Below, piece by piece: positions 14,554 to 28,600 of a stretch of DNA of 64,000 nucleotides. A model generated the notes under the pieces. The model worked only from the letters and a program-made list of their open reading frames with translations. It did no database searches and was not told the origin of the DNA. The stretch comes from the human T2T-CHM13v2.0 reference genome, Homo sapiens. The stretch lies in assembly GCF_009914755.1 (NCBI RefSeq), contig NC_060925.1; one strand, 5' to 3'. The number at the start of each line of letters is the position of its first letter. Positions within the stretch are counted from its first letter, which is position 1. A program made the translations under genes and the position numbers.

Positions 14554-17500
14554 TTGAGTTCTTATATTTAAAAATATAAACATTTCATCATATAGAAATA
14601 TTTAACTAAATCTTACATTCAAGTATATTTTCTTCCAAATCTTGAAACTGCAGACTTAGTAGAGGCTACTTGTGCAAATGGTCTGCCACATAATGTAATG
14701 AACAAAGCAAATCTTCATTGCCAAACCAATCAGGCAAAGCAAACAAACTTTCTGACATTATTCAATTTTAACAAAATGTTAATATGCATTCCTGTAACAA
14801 CCAGCTTCTTCTGAATTATAATTCTGAGAAAGAGAAAGACAGAGAGCGGGTACTGAAACTTACTATAATTTTGTTGCTGAATGCAGTAAGGCCAACTTCC
14901 CTCCCTGTTTCTTTCTAAAATTCTACTGTTCTTAAGTGACTCTCCCTCAGGGACACTACATTCAGTGACATTAGTTGGAGAAGGGAAGAAGGACAAGGTT
15001 ATTGAATGAAAATTATCATTATTCCACTGCCCACTCTACAGTAAATTTGAATTCAGACCATCACAACACAAGGCAAAATACCTCATTTCTATGGCATGCT
15101 TTGCTTTTGATGGAAATATGTGTAAAGCAAAGAAAATAAAACAAACAAAAAACCTTAAGAAGGCTTGACCAGAGGAGACTTCTCTAATACCAATATTTCA
15201 AATGGTCCCTTCTTTTAGACCCCGCAGAAGTTTTTACTCCCCAATGTAGCATAGTAAGATTCAAGATGAGTGAGAGATGTGAATTTATTTTATAAAGGAC
15301 AAAGAGACCAATTATGAAAGTGGACTGAGAAAGGAGTCCAGAATATTCCTATAGCCGGGCAGTGGAATATCATGAGTTAATTTTAAGAAATAATATGTTT
15401 GGAAGTTGAGGGTCTGGAAACGTGTTTCCTTGACACTACTTGTGACTACCCCTAGGAAAGGCTCTACTTATCCTCTGGGGTATGCATACTCAGCTTATAC
15501 ACTGCTGGTCCAGCGGGAAGGAAAGTTAGCTGCGATCTGTAGACTCAATAGAAATTAGCCAGATTAATTTCTGATGGGCTATTTTATGATCATATATAAA
15601 ACAGCAAATGGAGAGCCTGCATAAACCCACATTATGTCAATGACTGTATAAGTGAACAGTAACTTTTAGAGAAAAGTTACTTTTTTGGTCCCTTCAGCAA
15701 TCATTTCCATATATGCCCATATTTTCTTCTTCCTACCTGAATGATTTCACCCACACACTCTGTCTATGCAAATCCTTTCCACTCTTCAAAGGACAGCTGA
15801 AATCCAACCACATGACTCCCTTCTGCATCTCTATTCATTTCAATTCGACTGGGAATGATATTCTTTCCCACTAAATTTTCTAGTTTGTTTTGTTTATTCC
15901 CATTCATTATTTTAATTTGCGTTAGTGGTAATAGCCTTCTAACTAGCCTTTCTGTCTCTAATGCTTCCTCCGATATTGTATCCTCCCTATTGCAAAAGTC
16001 ATATTTCTAGATGGCAAATCTAATCATAAAACTCTTTTCCTCTAAACTTTAACTCCTTAATGCTTATGGAGTGATATATAAGTGCTTAACCTGACTAGAA
16101 TAATAATGAAACCATCACAATAGGACATATGTCCTGTCTTCCAAAAGTTAAAACTATCCCGGATCACATGCACAAAGATAATCATTAATGAATGTAAAGA
16201 GTGTGCAAGAGTAAGAAGGATGGAGAGATAATAACCAATTCAACCTAGGGTAGTGGGAAATACTTCTAAAGAAAGAATTTGAAGGATGAGTATGTATTTG
16301 AAGGCTGGGTGTGAATGAGTTCAATGGATGATGAGTAAAGAATATCAAAGAGAGTAGAAACAGCTTTTGCAAACATACAGTTTGAGAAAACAAGGCAAAT
16401 TACTGCAAGAAGGGTATGCATATATATATATACTACACCACGAAAATACAGCCCAACTCTGTAGAGAAATGGGATAGCCTCCCACCAAGTGAGAGTCCTG
16501 GTTGAGCACCTCAAAATAGGATGAACACCTGCTTTTCTGGCTTCTAAAATATATAGAAATGTGTCATGAATCAGCCCCCAACAAATTACGTACTCTATTG
16601 TCACTATTCCCTTAAGATTCTTCTCAAATATTGTTCCTACAGGAAGCCTTTCTAGCCACCCATCCAAATTGAGCTAGATGCCTTTCTTCATGTTCTCTGT
16701 GAATTCCTCCAGCATAGCAATGTCTGTCTGGCATTCACATGATTAGTGTATGTGCCTTTCTCCCTTTTCTAGACTCCTTGATGGTCACATTTATTTTTAT
16801 ATTCCTCGTGTTTATTACAGTGTCAAACGTTTAGGGAGCACTCAAAAAATAATACATATCCAAAAAATAATAAAATGATAACTGTCATTTAATGTCTTCC
16901 ATGTGTCAGGTAAGTGTTTACTCAAATTTGGGGGATCCAGGAACTACTTACTGGAAGTTCTAACTATATGAAATTGTTTGAATGGTTATTATCATCATTC
17001 TCAGTATCACGGTGTCATGAAGAACTCTTTTTAACCCAGCTGTTATTTTTAAAACTCATAGGAGCAACTTTCCTCTTGACATCTAGTGTTCTCAATGTGG
17101 AAAAGACAGTCTTATACTCATATGCTTTCCATTAACTTACACAGCACTGAAAAGATGCATAGCCAGTGACTGTTATCTGATTGTATCCACAAGTCTCACT
17201 ATTTCCTTTAATCATAAATTAAGATCGAAAGATGTATTATTAATCAACTATTCTCCTTTAAAAAATAAGGTGAAATAGAGCTTGGGCTTAACCTCCTTTA
17301 GCAGAGTAACACCCGTTCTTTCTGCAAACATAGTGAGTATCCTGGAATTATGAGCCCCAACATACCTTTGCCAGGCTATATTGAAGTTCATGAGATCATC
17401 AGCAACTAAACAAAACATATTTTCTCCTATAATGTGGGATTTCAGTGATGAACAAAACAAAAGGCCATTGTGCACTTTTCCCTCAAATATATGCAGCACA

Positions 17501-17649
17501 TATTATAAATGCTGATTCCCAATTTGCATACCAGTAGGTCTATCCAATCATAAAAATGAAATATCTGCTCTATTGTATGTGTGATAGTAATTACCCATTG
17601 TGGGACATTGATCTAATTAATGGGATTTTTGCATTAGTCATCTTACCCT

Positions 17650-17845
17650 GCATAATAAATTACTACAAAACTCAGCGGTTTAAAACAAGAATTTATTAGT
17701 TCGTGGTTTCTGTGGGTCATGAATGATCTAGGTGGTTCTGGCTCAAAGTCTCCTGGGAGATTACAGTTAAGCTGTCAGCCAGGGCTACAGTCATTTGAAG
17801 GTTTGATTAAGGCTGGAGGATTTGCTTCCAGGATTACTCACTAGT
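17650..17845 (-). mobile_element. MLT1-type MaLR LTR fragment
   Basis: cataataaattactacaaaactcagcggtttaaaacaa..tttctgtgggtca..ggctacagtcatttgaagg..ggctggagga. Confidence 0.6.
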
Positions 17846-17917
17846 CAGTCCTTCATCAGATTGCCAGTACAATAGAAACTAATTTCCGGAGAGGAGGTGG
17901 ATGGAGGGAAACAAGAA

Positions 17918-18032
17918 AGGAGAGGAGAGGAAAGGAAAGGAGAGCAGAGGAGAGGAGAAGTGAGGAGATGAGAGGAGAGGAGAGGAGAGCAGAGGAGAGG
18001 AGAGGAGAGGAAAGAGAAGGAACAGGAGAGGA
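17918..18032. repeat. (GGAGA)n purine-rich simple repeat
   Basis: Imperfect ggaga/ggaaa pentamer array. Confidence 0.9.
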
Positions 18033-18054
18033 AGTATTCCTGTAAAGGAACACC

Positions 18055-19000
18055 AAAGCAAATGACAGCAGATTTCTCATATGAAACCATAGAGGTCACA
18101 AAAAAATTTGGTGAACGATTTCTCAAGTACTTAGAGAAAACACTGTTAACTCTGAATCCTGCACCTGACAAAGCTATCTTTCAAGGACAAAGGAGAAACA
18201 AAGACATCCTCAGATTAAGGGAAATCAAGAGAATTTGTTTCTAGTAGACCTACACTTAAAGAGCTTACAAACTCTCCAAACAGAGCAAAAATGGTAACAG
18301 GAGAAGGCTGGGGCCTTCAGACAGAAAAGAAGGGCAACTGAAGGAGAAAAAACAGCAGCAAATATAATAGACCATCTTTCACTTCATGAGGTTCATTAAT
18401 CATATTTCATAGTTGATGTAAAACTTCTAATACCATCTGATGTGATGCTCAATATATGTAAAGGAAATATTTAAGACAATTATATCTAGAAGCAGAAGAA
18501 GCTAAAGAGACCTGAAATGGAAATAGGGTTTCTAAACTTAGGTTACCACTAACAGTGGTAAAACAGCAACACCCGTAGGCTAAGGTAAGTTATGTATATA
18601 CACAGAAATACCTAGAGCAACCACTAAGAAAACTACACAAAGTGATATAATCAAAGATGTTATAAATAAATACAAATGAAACTCTTAAAAAATGTGTAAG
18701 TTACCCAAAGGAAGCCAAGAAATGAAGAAAAACAAGAAACAGAGGGAATGGACAGAAAACAAATAATAAAATGTCAGACTTACACAAACTGAAAGAGATT
18801 GGCAAAGTAGATTTTTAAAACTCAATCCAGCTATATACTGTCTACATGAAACTCACTTCAAACATGACATAGGTTGGATGAAAGTAAAAGGATGGGGAAA
18901 GATATATCATGCATAATCAATAAAAGCAGAAATGACTATACTACTATCAGATAAAGTAGACCCAGACATAATGACATTATTAGGGACAAAAAGGAATATA
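18055..19000 (+). mobile_element. Old L1M fragment (ORF1 3' end, inter-ORF region, ORF2 start)
   Basis: MTADFSYET..-like ORF1 CTD remnant; ctagagcaaccactaa; tgtctacatgaaactcacttcaa..aaagtaaaaggatgg EN remnant. Confidence 0.7.
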
Positions 19001-19344
19001 GCAAAATGATATTATGCACCTACCATATTTGAAATCTTAAGTGGTGCTGATAAAGACCACAGTTGTAAATACATAACCTCAAAAAATGTGACGAAGTCAT
19101 TTTTCATGTCCTCAATGATGCAGTTCAGATAGAGTACAACGTTTACTCTCCTCATTATAGTCTATTTTTATCAAAAGACATTATGTGCACGTGACTTACT
19201 AAGGTGGAATGAATTAATATTTACATGTATTTATAATTTATAATGCAAAATGTAATTTCTAAAAGCTCTATTGAAAGTAATAATCAAGAGGGTCTAGGGA
19301 GTAGATAGAGGGGTAGATGAAATAAGAATGGCAGAATGCAATCT

Positions 19345-19931
19345 TCCAAGGAAGATACTTTTCAAGACCCCTAGTGGATACCTGAAACCACAGATAGTTT
19401 ATATAGATAAACCCTATGTATACAATGCATGAAATTCTTTTTACTTCTTCACAGTTTCACAGATAAGAGATTCTTTCTTACCATAGGTGTTAGCAACCTC
19501 AACATACAATTTTTTTCTTTCCTTATTAAGCTGAGAACTTCCACGTTTTCACTTAAAAGAAGCACTTTACAGCTTCCATTTGCATAATTAGATTTCCAGC
19601 ATCACTATTTTTGCATGCTTTGGGGCCATTATTAAGTAAAATAAGGATTCCTTGAATACAAGCCCTGCAATACCACAATAGTTGATCTGATAAGCCGGAT
19701 GGCTATTAAGTGACTAACAGGCGGGTAGCATGGACAGCATAGACACACTGGACAAAGGGATGATTAATGTCCTGGGTGGGATGGTGAAATATTTCATCAT
19801 GCTACTCAGAGCAGTGGAAATTTAAAACTTATGAATTGTTTATTTGTGCAATTTTTCATTTAATATTTTCAGGCCATGGTTGACCACTGGTAACTGAAAC
19901 TACAGAAAGTTTAGATAAAAGAGGACAACTG
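19345..19931 (-). mobile_element. MER44 (Tigger7-derived, TcMar-Tigger) element
   Basis: caagacccctagtggatacctgaaaccacagatag...ctggacaaagggatgatt...aaacttatgaattgtttattt...ggtaactgaaac..gataaaagaggacaactg. Confidence 0.75.
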
Positions 19932-19934
19932 TTT

Positions 19935-20560
19935 TGGGGTTCAGTAAAGAGATGACATGATTTGATTCATGTTTTAACATTATCACTGCAGCCACTTGCT
20001 GAGAGCACATTGGAAGGGCTGTGATGGGAAGAAGCAGGGAAACCAGCCAAGAGGCTATTGCAATAAGGATAATGATGCCTCCAGCCTGGAAGGTTGCAGG
20101 AATGCTAAGAAGGGGTCAGACTGTGAGAATACTCTGAAAGCAGATGTGATAGAATTTGCTAACAGAGCAGGTGTGTGGTAAGCAAGAAAGAGCAAAGTCA
20201 AGAACAATCTCAATTGTCTTTTGACTTGAGGCACTGGAAAAATAGAGTTGCCCTATACTAAAATGGGGAAGACCATGAGAGGAGCAGATTTGGGGGAAAA
20301 CATTTAGAAGTTCAATTTGGAACTTATAAGTTTCACATATCTGTTATACTTCAAAGTAAAGATGAGTAGCAGCTAGACACTGATGTTAAAGGGAGAGGTC
20401 GAGGCTGGGACTGTAAGTTTGGGAATTGCTAGTGTAAAGGTGCCACTTAAAGTCATGAGCTTGGATTAGCTCACCTAGGCAATGACTGTACATAGAAAAG
20501 TGAAGAGGACCCTGGGGCTCTCAAATGCTTAGTAAGCAGAAGGTTGAGGAGGAAGCAGGG
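19935..20560 (-). mobile_element. L2 LINE fragment
   Basis: gacatgatttgattcatgtttt..ggctattgcaata..gagttgcc..aaatggggaagac..aagtcatgag..ggattagctcacctagg. Confidence 0.7.
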
Positions 20561-21030
20561 GTTACAACTGAGGGTGAGGATTGGGAACGAAAGATTTGAA
20601 GAGAAAAGAGATGGTACAAAATGATCATCTAGAAGAGTGAGAGAGTAAATAGTATAGGGAAATATGGACTATTATTGGGGAGCATAATACTTAAGATGAG
20701 TAATCATAAATTTAAAGTCAGACACTCAGCATGGTGGTACATTTTTTCCCAATTATGTTGGGCTGTGAAGGAGCAGAATTATATAGACTTGTGGTTAAAG
20801 CAAACAAGCAACAAGGGAGCTAAGCCTAAAGAAAAGGAAGCAAAAAGCAAAAACTATTAGAAATACAACAGTAGCAGGGAGATTTCCCAACCAGATGTGA
20901 ATGCATATTATAAAGCTATAGTACATTTTTTAATGAGGTGGCACTAGAGTCATAATCTGACCAATGCAGTAGAACCAAATTTTCAGAAATACATACCAAT
21001 GGAGTAGAACTGAATCTTTGGAAATATATA

Positions 21031-23598
21031 TGAGAGTACTTTTGAAAGTTCATGAGAAAATGGAATAAAAATATAAAATATAAACTTTATTTCTCAACGT
21101 AAGCTGCATCGAGTTTAAGCCACTTTTGTAAGTGATGATACCAACTATTTAGTCCATCCTTAAAGAACTGAGATTCTAAAAATTTTCTACCATTCTGTAG
21201 GTTGCCTGTTCACTCTGATGCTAGTTTCTTTTGCTGTGCAGAAGCTCTTTAGTTTAATTAGATCCCATTTGTTTATTTTGGCTTTTGTTGCCATTGCTTT
21301 TGGTGTTTTAGTCATGAAGTCATTCTTGCCCATGCCTATGTCCTGAATGGTATTGCCTAGGTTTTCTTCTAGGGTTTTTATGGTTTTAGGTCTAACATTT
21401 AAGTCTTTAATCCATCTTGAAAGAATTTTTGTACAAGGTGAAATGAAGGGATCCCGTTTCAGCTTTCTACATATGGCTAGGCAGTTTTCCCAGTACCATT
21501 TATTAAATAGGGGATCCTTTCCCCATTTCTTGTTTTTGTCAGGTTTGTCAAAGATCAGCTGACAAAGGGCTAATATCCAGAATCTACAAAGAACTTAAAC
21601 AAATTTACAAGAAAAAATCAAACAACCCCATCAAAAAGTAGGCAAAGGATATAAACAGACATTTCTCAAACGAAGACATTTATGCAGCCAACAGACACAT
21701 GAAAAAATGCTCATCATCACTGGCCATCAGAGAAATGCAAATCAAAACCACAATGAGATACCATCTCACACCAGTTAGAATGGCGATCATTAAAAAGACA
21801 GGAAACAACAGGTGCTGGAGAGGATGTGGAGAATTAGGAATGCTCTTACACTGTTGGTGGGAGTGTAAACTAGTTCAACCATTGTGGAAGACAGTGTGGC
21901 GATTCCTCAAGGATCTAGAACTAGAAATACCAGTTGACCCAGCCATCCCATTACTGGGTATATACCCAAAGGATTATAAATCATGCTACTATAAAGACAC
22001 ATGCACACATATGTTTATTGCGGCACTATTCGCAATAGCAAAGACTTGGAACCTACCCAAATGTCCATCAATGGTGGACTGGATTAAGAAAATGTGGCAC
22101 ATACACACCATGGAATACCATGCATCCATAAAATGTATGAGTTCATGTCCTTTGTAGGAGCACAGATGAAGCTGGAAACCATCATTCTGAGCAAACTATC
22201 ACAAGGACAGAAAACCAAACACCAAATATTCTCACTCATAGGTGGGAATTGAACAATGAGAACACTTGGACACAGGGTGGGGAACATCACACACTGGGGC
22301 CTGTCGTGGGGTGGTGGGGGGTGCAGAGAGCATTAGGAGAAATACCTAATGTAAATGACAAGTTAATGGGTGCAGCACACCAACATGGCACATGTATATG
22401 TATGTAACAAATCTGCATGCTGTGCACATGTACCCTAGAACTTAAAGTATAATAATAAAAAAAACAGATTCTGAGAATTTAACCATGTCAATGTAGTCTT
22501 TTTTTACATTATTAGCTGGAAAAAATTGCATGCCCATTAGAGATTTTTTTTAAGATTAGGAAACAAAAAGAAGTCAGAAGGAGCCAAATCAGGACTGCAA
22601 GATGGATACCTAATCGTTTCCCATCGAAATTCATGAAATTGTCCTTGTTTGATGAGAGGAAGGAACAGGAACATTGTCATGGTGAAAAAGGACTCTCTAG
22701 TGAAGCTTTCCTGTTTGTTTTTCTGTTCAAGTTTTGGCTACTTTCTCAAAACATTCTTGTAATAAGCAGATGTTATTGTTCTTTGGCCTTCCAGAAAGTC
22801 AACAAGCAAAATACCCTGAGTGTTCCCCAAAAATGTTGCCACAACCTTTGCTCTTGCCCTGTCTGCAAACTGGACCACTTCCACTTCTCGAAAGCCATTG
22901 CTTTGATCGGGCTTTGTCTTCAGGGTCCCACTGGTAAAACTGTGTTTCATCTCCTATTACAGTGCTTCAAAGAAATGTCTCAAGGTCTTGATCTCATTCA
23001 TTTAAAATTCCCATTGAAAGCTCTGCTCTTTTCTGCAGCTGATTTGGGAACAATTATTTTGGAACCCATTGAGTGAGAAGTTGCTCAGCTTTAATTTTCA
23101 GTCAGAACTGTGTAAGCGGAATCAGTTAAGACATATGTGAGGCTATTATTTCTTCTGTGAATCATCAGTCTTCCTCAATTAGGGCACAAACAAAATGAAT
23201 TTTTTCCTTGCAAATTGATGTGGATGGTCTGCCACGGTGGGCTTCATATTCAATATCATCTTGTCCTTTCTTAAAATAAGTTATCCATTTGTAAACTACT
23301 GATTTCTTTGGGGCATTGTCTCTATAAATTTATCACAAAGGATTGATGGTTTCACCATTCTTCCAATCAAGCTTCACCATAAATTTGATGTTTGTTCTTG
23401 CTTCAATTTTAGCAGAATTCGTGTTGCTCCTGATAGGGACTTTCTTCAAACTGATGTCTTATTCTTCCTAGTGCCTCAAGCTAGATCTTGTTCAGATATT
23501 TTATCACAAGTTATTATAAGTTTATTGTGGTGCAAAAAATTTTTGAAATAGTTTTCTTTATATTCTACATTTTCTATGAACTTTTCAAAGACCCTTTT
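21031..23598 (-). mobile_element. HSMAR2 mariner transposon, near full length, split by an L1PA insertion
   Basis: TIR-like ends (tgagagtacttttgaaagttcatg / ctatgaacttttcaaagaccc) flanked by TA; transposase remnant KVVATF..QGILLVDFLEGQRTITSAYY at 22738-22950 (-). Confidence 0.88.
21186..22465 (+). mobile_element. L1PA (approx. L1PA5) 5'-truncated with 5' inversion (21186-21558 antisense, 21559-22465 sense)
   Basis: ORF2 C-terminus [28 protein letters not shown]; 3'UTR and poly(A); TSD agattctaaaaattt (21171-21185) / agattctgagaattt (22466-22480). Confidence 0.92.
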
Positions 23599-24231
23599 TA
23601 TAAGAATTTAGTATAATACAAGTGGCATTTCTAATCAATGAGGATGGCTATTTGATAAGTGTTATTGAGATAATAGTTAACCAGTTGGGAAAAAAATGTA
23701 GATGATTAGATCGTCATTAAGCACCGTACACCAAAATAAATTTCAGAGGAATTACACATTTAAATATTTAAAATTAGACCATAATAGCCATGGAAGAAAA
23801 TATTCATAACTATGTACATAATCCTAGGATGAAGATAGACTTTCATCTGTAATATATTCACATGAAAAAGATCAAGATTCAAAGTAATATTAGCATTTTG
23901 AATTTTTGGATGTATGTGCATAGAATATAGCAAACTATTAAAAGGAAGTGTGGCTGGATGTTTGGATTATGGATAATTGTATTTGCTTCATTAGGCTTGA
24001 CTGTATTTTGCAAACTTTCTATAAGAGATATGCATTTTGTTTAGCTTTCTATAATATTTATTATTTCTAATTACAAAAGTGAGATATTACTTATAGCAAG
24101 TGAAATAGTGCAGAGATGTGTCAAGATAAAGTTCCTAGTAGTCTCCCCATTCACCACCCCATCTAACTCTTTCCATTTCTAGCCCATGAGGCAATCTAAT
24201 TAACAGGTTGGTGTCCCTGCTTCTCCATGTT

Positions 24232-24234
<3 letters not shown>

Positions 24235-24278
<44 letters not shown>
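24235..24278. repeat. (AC)22 microsatellite
   Basis: Perfect AC run. Confidence 0.97.
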
Positions 24279-24284
<6 letters not shown>

Positions 24285-24613
24285 TATACATATAGTTTCT
24301 GTATTTTTCTTTTCAAAATAGAATCATATTGTTAAACACATATTGCTCAACAACTTGCATTTGTCAGTGTACAAATCAATAAAGATCGAAGTTATTTACA
24401 ATAAGAATGCCCTTGATATTTCATAATTTATTCAAGCATTCTCCTTTTGAGGTCTTTACAAACAATGCAGACAACATTTTTGAACTTTTATTCTTATATG
24501 TTGCTGTACTTCTATAAAAATGGAGTTCTAAAAGCTGGGTTGCAGAATCAAAATGTATATGGATGCATAATTGCAAAAGATATTGCCAGATTACTTTCCA
24601 AGATTGTAGTAAC

Positions 24614-24850
24614 CACGGTAAGCAGAATTCTAAGATGTCCCCCTCTTCCCACTGTGTACACACCCTGCACAATCCCCAAAACTGTGGATGTGATAGATTC
24701 CCTGATTCTATTACCTTACTATAGGGACATTATCCAGGTGGATCTTACCTAACCACATGAGCCCTTTAAAAGCAGAGCGTTTTCTCCAGCTGATCCCAGA
24801 AAAAGAATTCAGAGATTCAAATGTTACACAGCAATAGAAAATTAATACAG
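24614..24850 (+). mobile_element. MLT1D/E-type LTR, internally deleted
   Basis: ggtaagcagaattctaagatgtcccc...gagccctttaaaagcagag...tgttacacagcaatagaaaattaataca. Confidence 0.7.
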
Positions 24851-25131
24851 TAAGAATTCACTCTCTTGAAAGCATTGTATGAGGTAACTATATTCATTTT
24901 CTCACCAGCACCAAATGTTAAATATGTTTTTAAATTCAGTCAATTTGATAAGTAAAAAAGAGTACCTTATTTTTGATACATGTTTAATAAAGAGTATCTT
25001 TATTTTGCATGTCTCACTAAAATCAAGAAACTTTCCATATGTTTTTAGTTAGATTTCCCCTGAGTTAATTGCCTGTTCACATGCAGTACTTTGCTTTGAC
25101 TATTTTGCTATAGCGTCATTTGTGTAACTCT

Positions 25132-25627
25132 TGTCAAGGGCTTAAGCAATCTCTAAGCAACAGCATAGGTGCTAAGCTGACTTGCTGCCCTTTCAAAATT
25201 TAGTTGGAAAGGAAACAACAAGCCCAAACTGATTTGGACCATTTTTACTCATGGCAGAGCATGCAGCACAAGCTCCGTGTTCTCTATATGTCCCTTTGTC
25301 CCTAAGTCCCATCAGGGAAGGGAACGACACAGAACAGGCCTGGGCAGATCCTGCACACACATCCATGTCCCATCCCAGATGAGGAACCCTGAGCTTAGGA
25401 AACTTCCCATCTTTTAAGTGGCTGCAAGCAAATCTGCCCAAACTTTGCTCCACAGAGAGAAACTATATTATCTTTTTCAAGAAACAAATCTACTGTCTGA
25501 CCTGGAGAGAGATACCATCTCTAGCTCCCAAGCCTCTGTGCTCTATACAAACATCCTGGAAAAGATAGTCTGGAACTAAAGCTGTCATAAGATGTGTAAA
25601 AACACCAAGGTGAATTGCCTCTGAACA
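25132..25627 (-). mobile_element. Probable ERVL-class solo LTR (subfamily uncertain)
   Basis: tg...ca ends and LTR-like motifs (aaagatagtctggaactaaagctgtca..gaattgcctctgaaca). Confidence 0.4.
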
Positions 25628-28600
25628 AATCCACCTCTCATTTCCACATTTTTGTGATTACAACACTCTGTTGGCCATTCAAAATAATCTGACCAACAGC
25701 AGGTGAGACCACTTCTGTTCAATTTGTAAGCACTTGCAGATCTCTTATTACCAGTGTTTTCTGGGAGAGAGGGAAGTTAATGCCGGCTTTCACACAATTA
25801 TAATCCCAAAGGAAAACATGGAACCCCTGGGGGAAAAAAAGTTGTTTACAATGTTTAGAGTTTCCCCACCATGGGACACACATCAGTCAGCAGCCCAGGT
25901 TGACAGAGGCTTTGGGGTTTAATCCCAGGAATGTAAGAATGGGTTATCTGTAATTTATTAAGATAACATACCACATCATGTATCATAATAACAGCTAACA
26001 CTATATGACACTATTCTAGTAGCTTAACATATTTAGCCCTTTAAAACTTCCCAATAGTGTGGTTGGTATGAGTGCCATTACATTAAATAAGAAAAACAAT
26101 AAAAGCATCTTAACTGGTTGCCGTCAAAAAGAAATTCAATCAAATGAAAACCATTGCTTTAGTTAAATGAACTCTTTAAAAATGTGTAATAGATGTTTCC
26201 TTAACATGAAAAAGAATATCAATATCGACAACCAACATCATACCTAAGAATGAAAAACTAAAGATAATTATGTTAAACCTACACAAAAGAGAGACAAACA
26301 ACAGAGAAGACCGGTGACATTGTTTTATGAAACAATTCTCAATACAGATTTACAGAAAGATTAATCCAAATTAAGCCTGTTTCTGTAATGCCACTGCCCA
26401 GTGAGTGCAATTTTTCATGAGGAAGACACTCTCTAAGCTATAGGCTTCAGACTTCTCCTAACTATCCTCTTCCTTCTCCTCTCCACCTCTACCACACAGT
26501 CTCAGAGTGTACACAGTTGTTCCCAGTTTCCCATGATTGGGAAGGACTCAAACACTATGATGGCAGGTCAACTTTCTGTCATCTTGTCCAAGGGAAAAGC
26601 ACACTAAGCTGGGAGTGAATGAGCCTGACCTAAACAGCAGCAGAGAGAATGAGTAGAGAAAGGAGCCACTGAGTTGGAGGCCTTAGAGCCACAGGAAAGG
26701 AGCTGAAGTCTAGCCCAGTGGCATTGCTGGTTAGCTCCTGTGGCCATGATTAATTTACGAGCTCAACTTTGTGGGAGTTTTCTATTTGACATTTCAAATT
26801 TGCAAGAAATTTGACTAAGTACTATTGAGAAGAAAATTAACATTTGCCTGAATTTTAGAAAGGGAGATTAGAACAGGCCACTGGGCTAATCGCAGGTAGG
26901 ATGATGGGGAGAACTTGCCTGTGTCTGTCCTCTTCAACCCAAGAACCAGGCTCTTCAGCCATCACAGCGGGCTCAACATGGCTGCTTTATTATCTGCAGC
27001 TCAATGTACATATGATATCTAACTAACAGTGATGCTGTGATAGAATTTTCATTTCCGAGGGCAGTATTTCTCTTCCCTTCATACAAGTACACAAAATTAC
27101 ACTTTCTAAAAATGAGAAAAGCCTGAGTTCTTCAGAACAAGTCAGCCATAATAATAATGCTTCAGATGTTCCAGGTGTCTGTAAGGCCAGCAGTTAGAGT
27201 GAAACCTTCTCTTTGAACCCATTCAACCAGGGTGAAACTCTGCCAGTAGTAAAAAAGAAAGCAGCACGTGGTTTCATGGTATTCACCCTACCACCTTCCA
27301 TAGTGAGGAGACAGAAACCTGTCTGGGGTGAAGACCATGGGAAAATGTGTAGCTGTTATTATTTGTCATGAAGGTAACTATTCAGGATCTGTTCTGTTCA
27401 ACCAGCTTCTGATGACTTGGCCAGGAAAATAAAGAAAGAGACCTAAATACAGCATTGAGGGAAAGTGCAGTCTTAAACTTGGGAGTCTGAGAGATTAGAG
27501 TTCTGCTGTGACCTGTGTAGCCTTTCTAACCTATTGACCCCAATTTTGGGGGGATGCCCTATTTCTAGGGTGTCCTCAGAACTTCAACGGTAAAAACAAA
27601 AATATGAGAGGAGAAGAGTGGCAAGGAGGAATAGACACTGTCAACTCATATGTAAGTTACTTAGCATAAAGCTGGGACATAATAAGTACTTAATATATAA
27701 TAGTTTTTACCAGGTGTGACTCACAAGGGTGGCTAGTACAAAGGTGGATTTGTCTTTTATTGCTATCAGTTCTGCATTAGCACTATCTCTGGGTCACTAT
27801 TAGAATCCAGGCAATGCTAATAATAATGGACACTTACAATGTATCAGGCACATTGGGTGCTAAAAGCTTTGGGTATTCATTTCACTTAGTCTCACAGAAG
27901 TCCACTGAAGTAAGTATGGTTATACATTGCTCATCAATGACAAACGAGAGTCCTGGTCAGTCTGATTACAAAACTCATGTTTTTAACCATTGTGTTTATA
28001 TGGTCAAGGTTCCTACAGAAATGTTCCTGGCAGAAATAGCATGACAGGTATAGGAGGGAGGATTACACTAAGGGAAGAATGACACCACGAAGAATCCCAG
28101 GGAGTGTAAAACTTTAGTGTAGGTCCAAATCCTTCTTGTGTCAGGCCTAAATTCAATAACCAACAAGATTTGCTCATCTAAGAAGAACAGTATCCAAATG
28201 CTCTCAGATCATTTAAATAGGAGATCCCAAGTCTTATTTTCATTTTTCCCAGCCTTTTCTGACAACTTTTAATTCAATACAATTTCAAGTCTTGAAATGT
28301 AAAATATACTACATTCTCCCATTTTGTGCATCCAGAGATCTTGTTTATCTTGGTAACTATTACATGGCCAGCACTTTGCACAATGCTTGGTATAGAGTAG
28401 GTGTTCAATTATTTTTTAATGAATGAATGAATTTATATATCTCTTACACTCTCCTGATTGTTCCTTCAAAATGATGCATTTCTGGTTATCTCCAGCCTCC
28501 TTGAAATAGACAAGAAATATTTTTTCTTCTTCTCCCAAGCCCATTCATTTCAGGTTCCAACTGGCATGGACTACTTTAATATTTGTCGTTGTCTCTATTA

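Noticed and set aside
15658-15687. 10-bp perfect hairpin (agtaactttt-agag-aaaagttact) followed by a T run, resembling an intrinsic terminator
   Set aside because: Eukaryotic context and an AT-rich stem; expected by chance.
17845-18171. Ser/Pro/Leu-rich ORFs
   Set aside because: Artefact of the (GGAGA)n simple repeat.
20960-21030. Diverged ~35-bp tandem duplication next to the HSMAR2 end
   Set aside because: An old slippage duplication within an L1M remnant. Mariner TSDs are TA only, so it is unrelated to the insertion.
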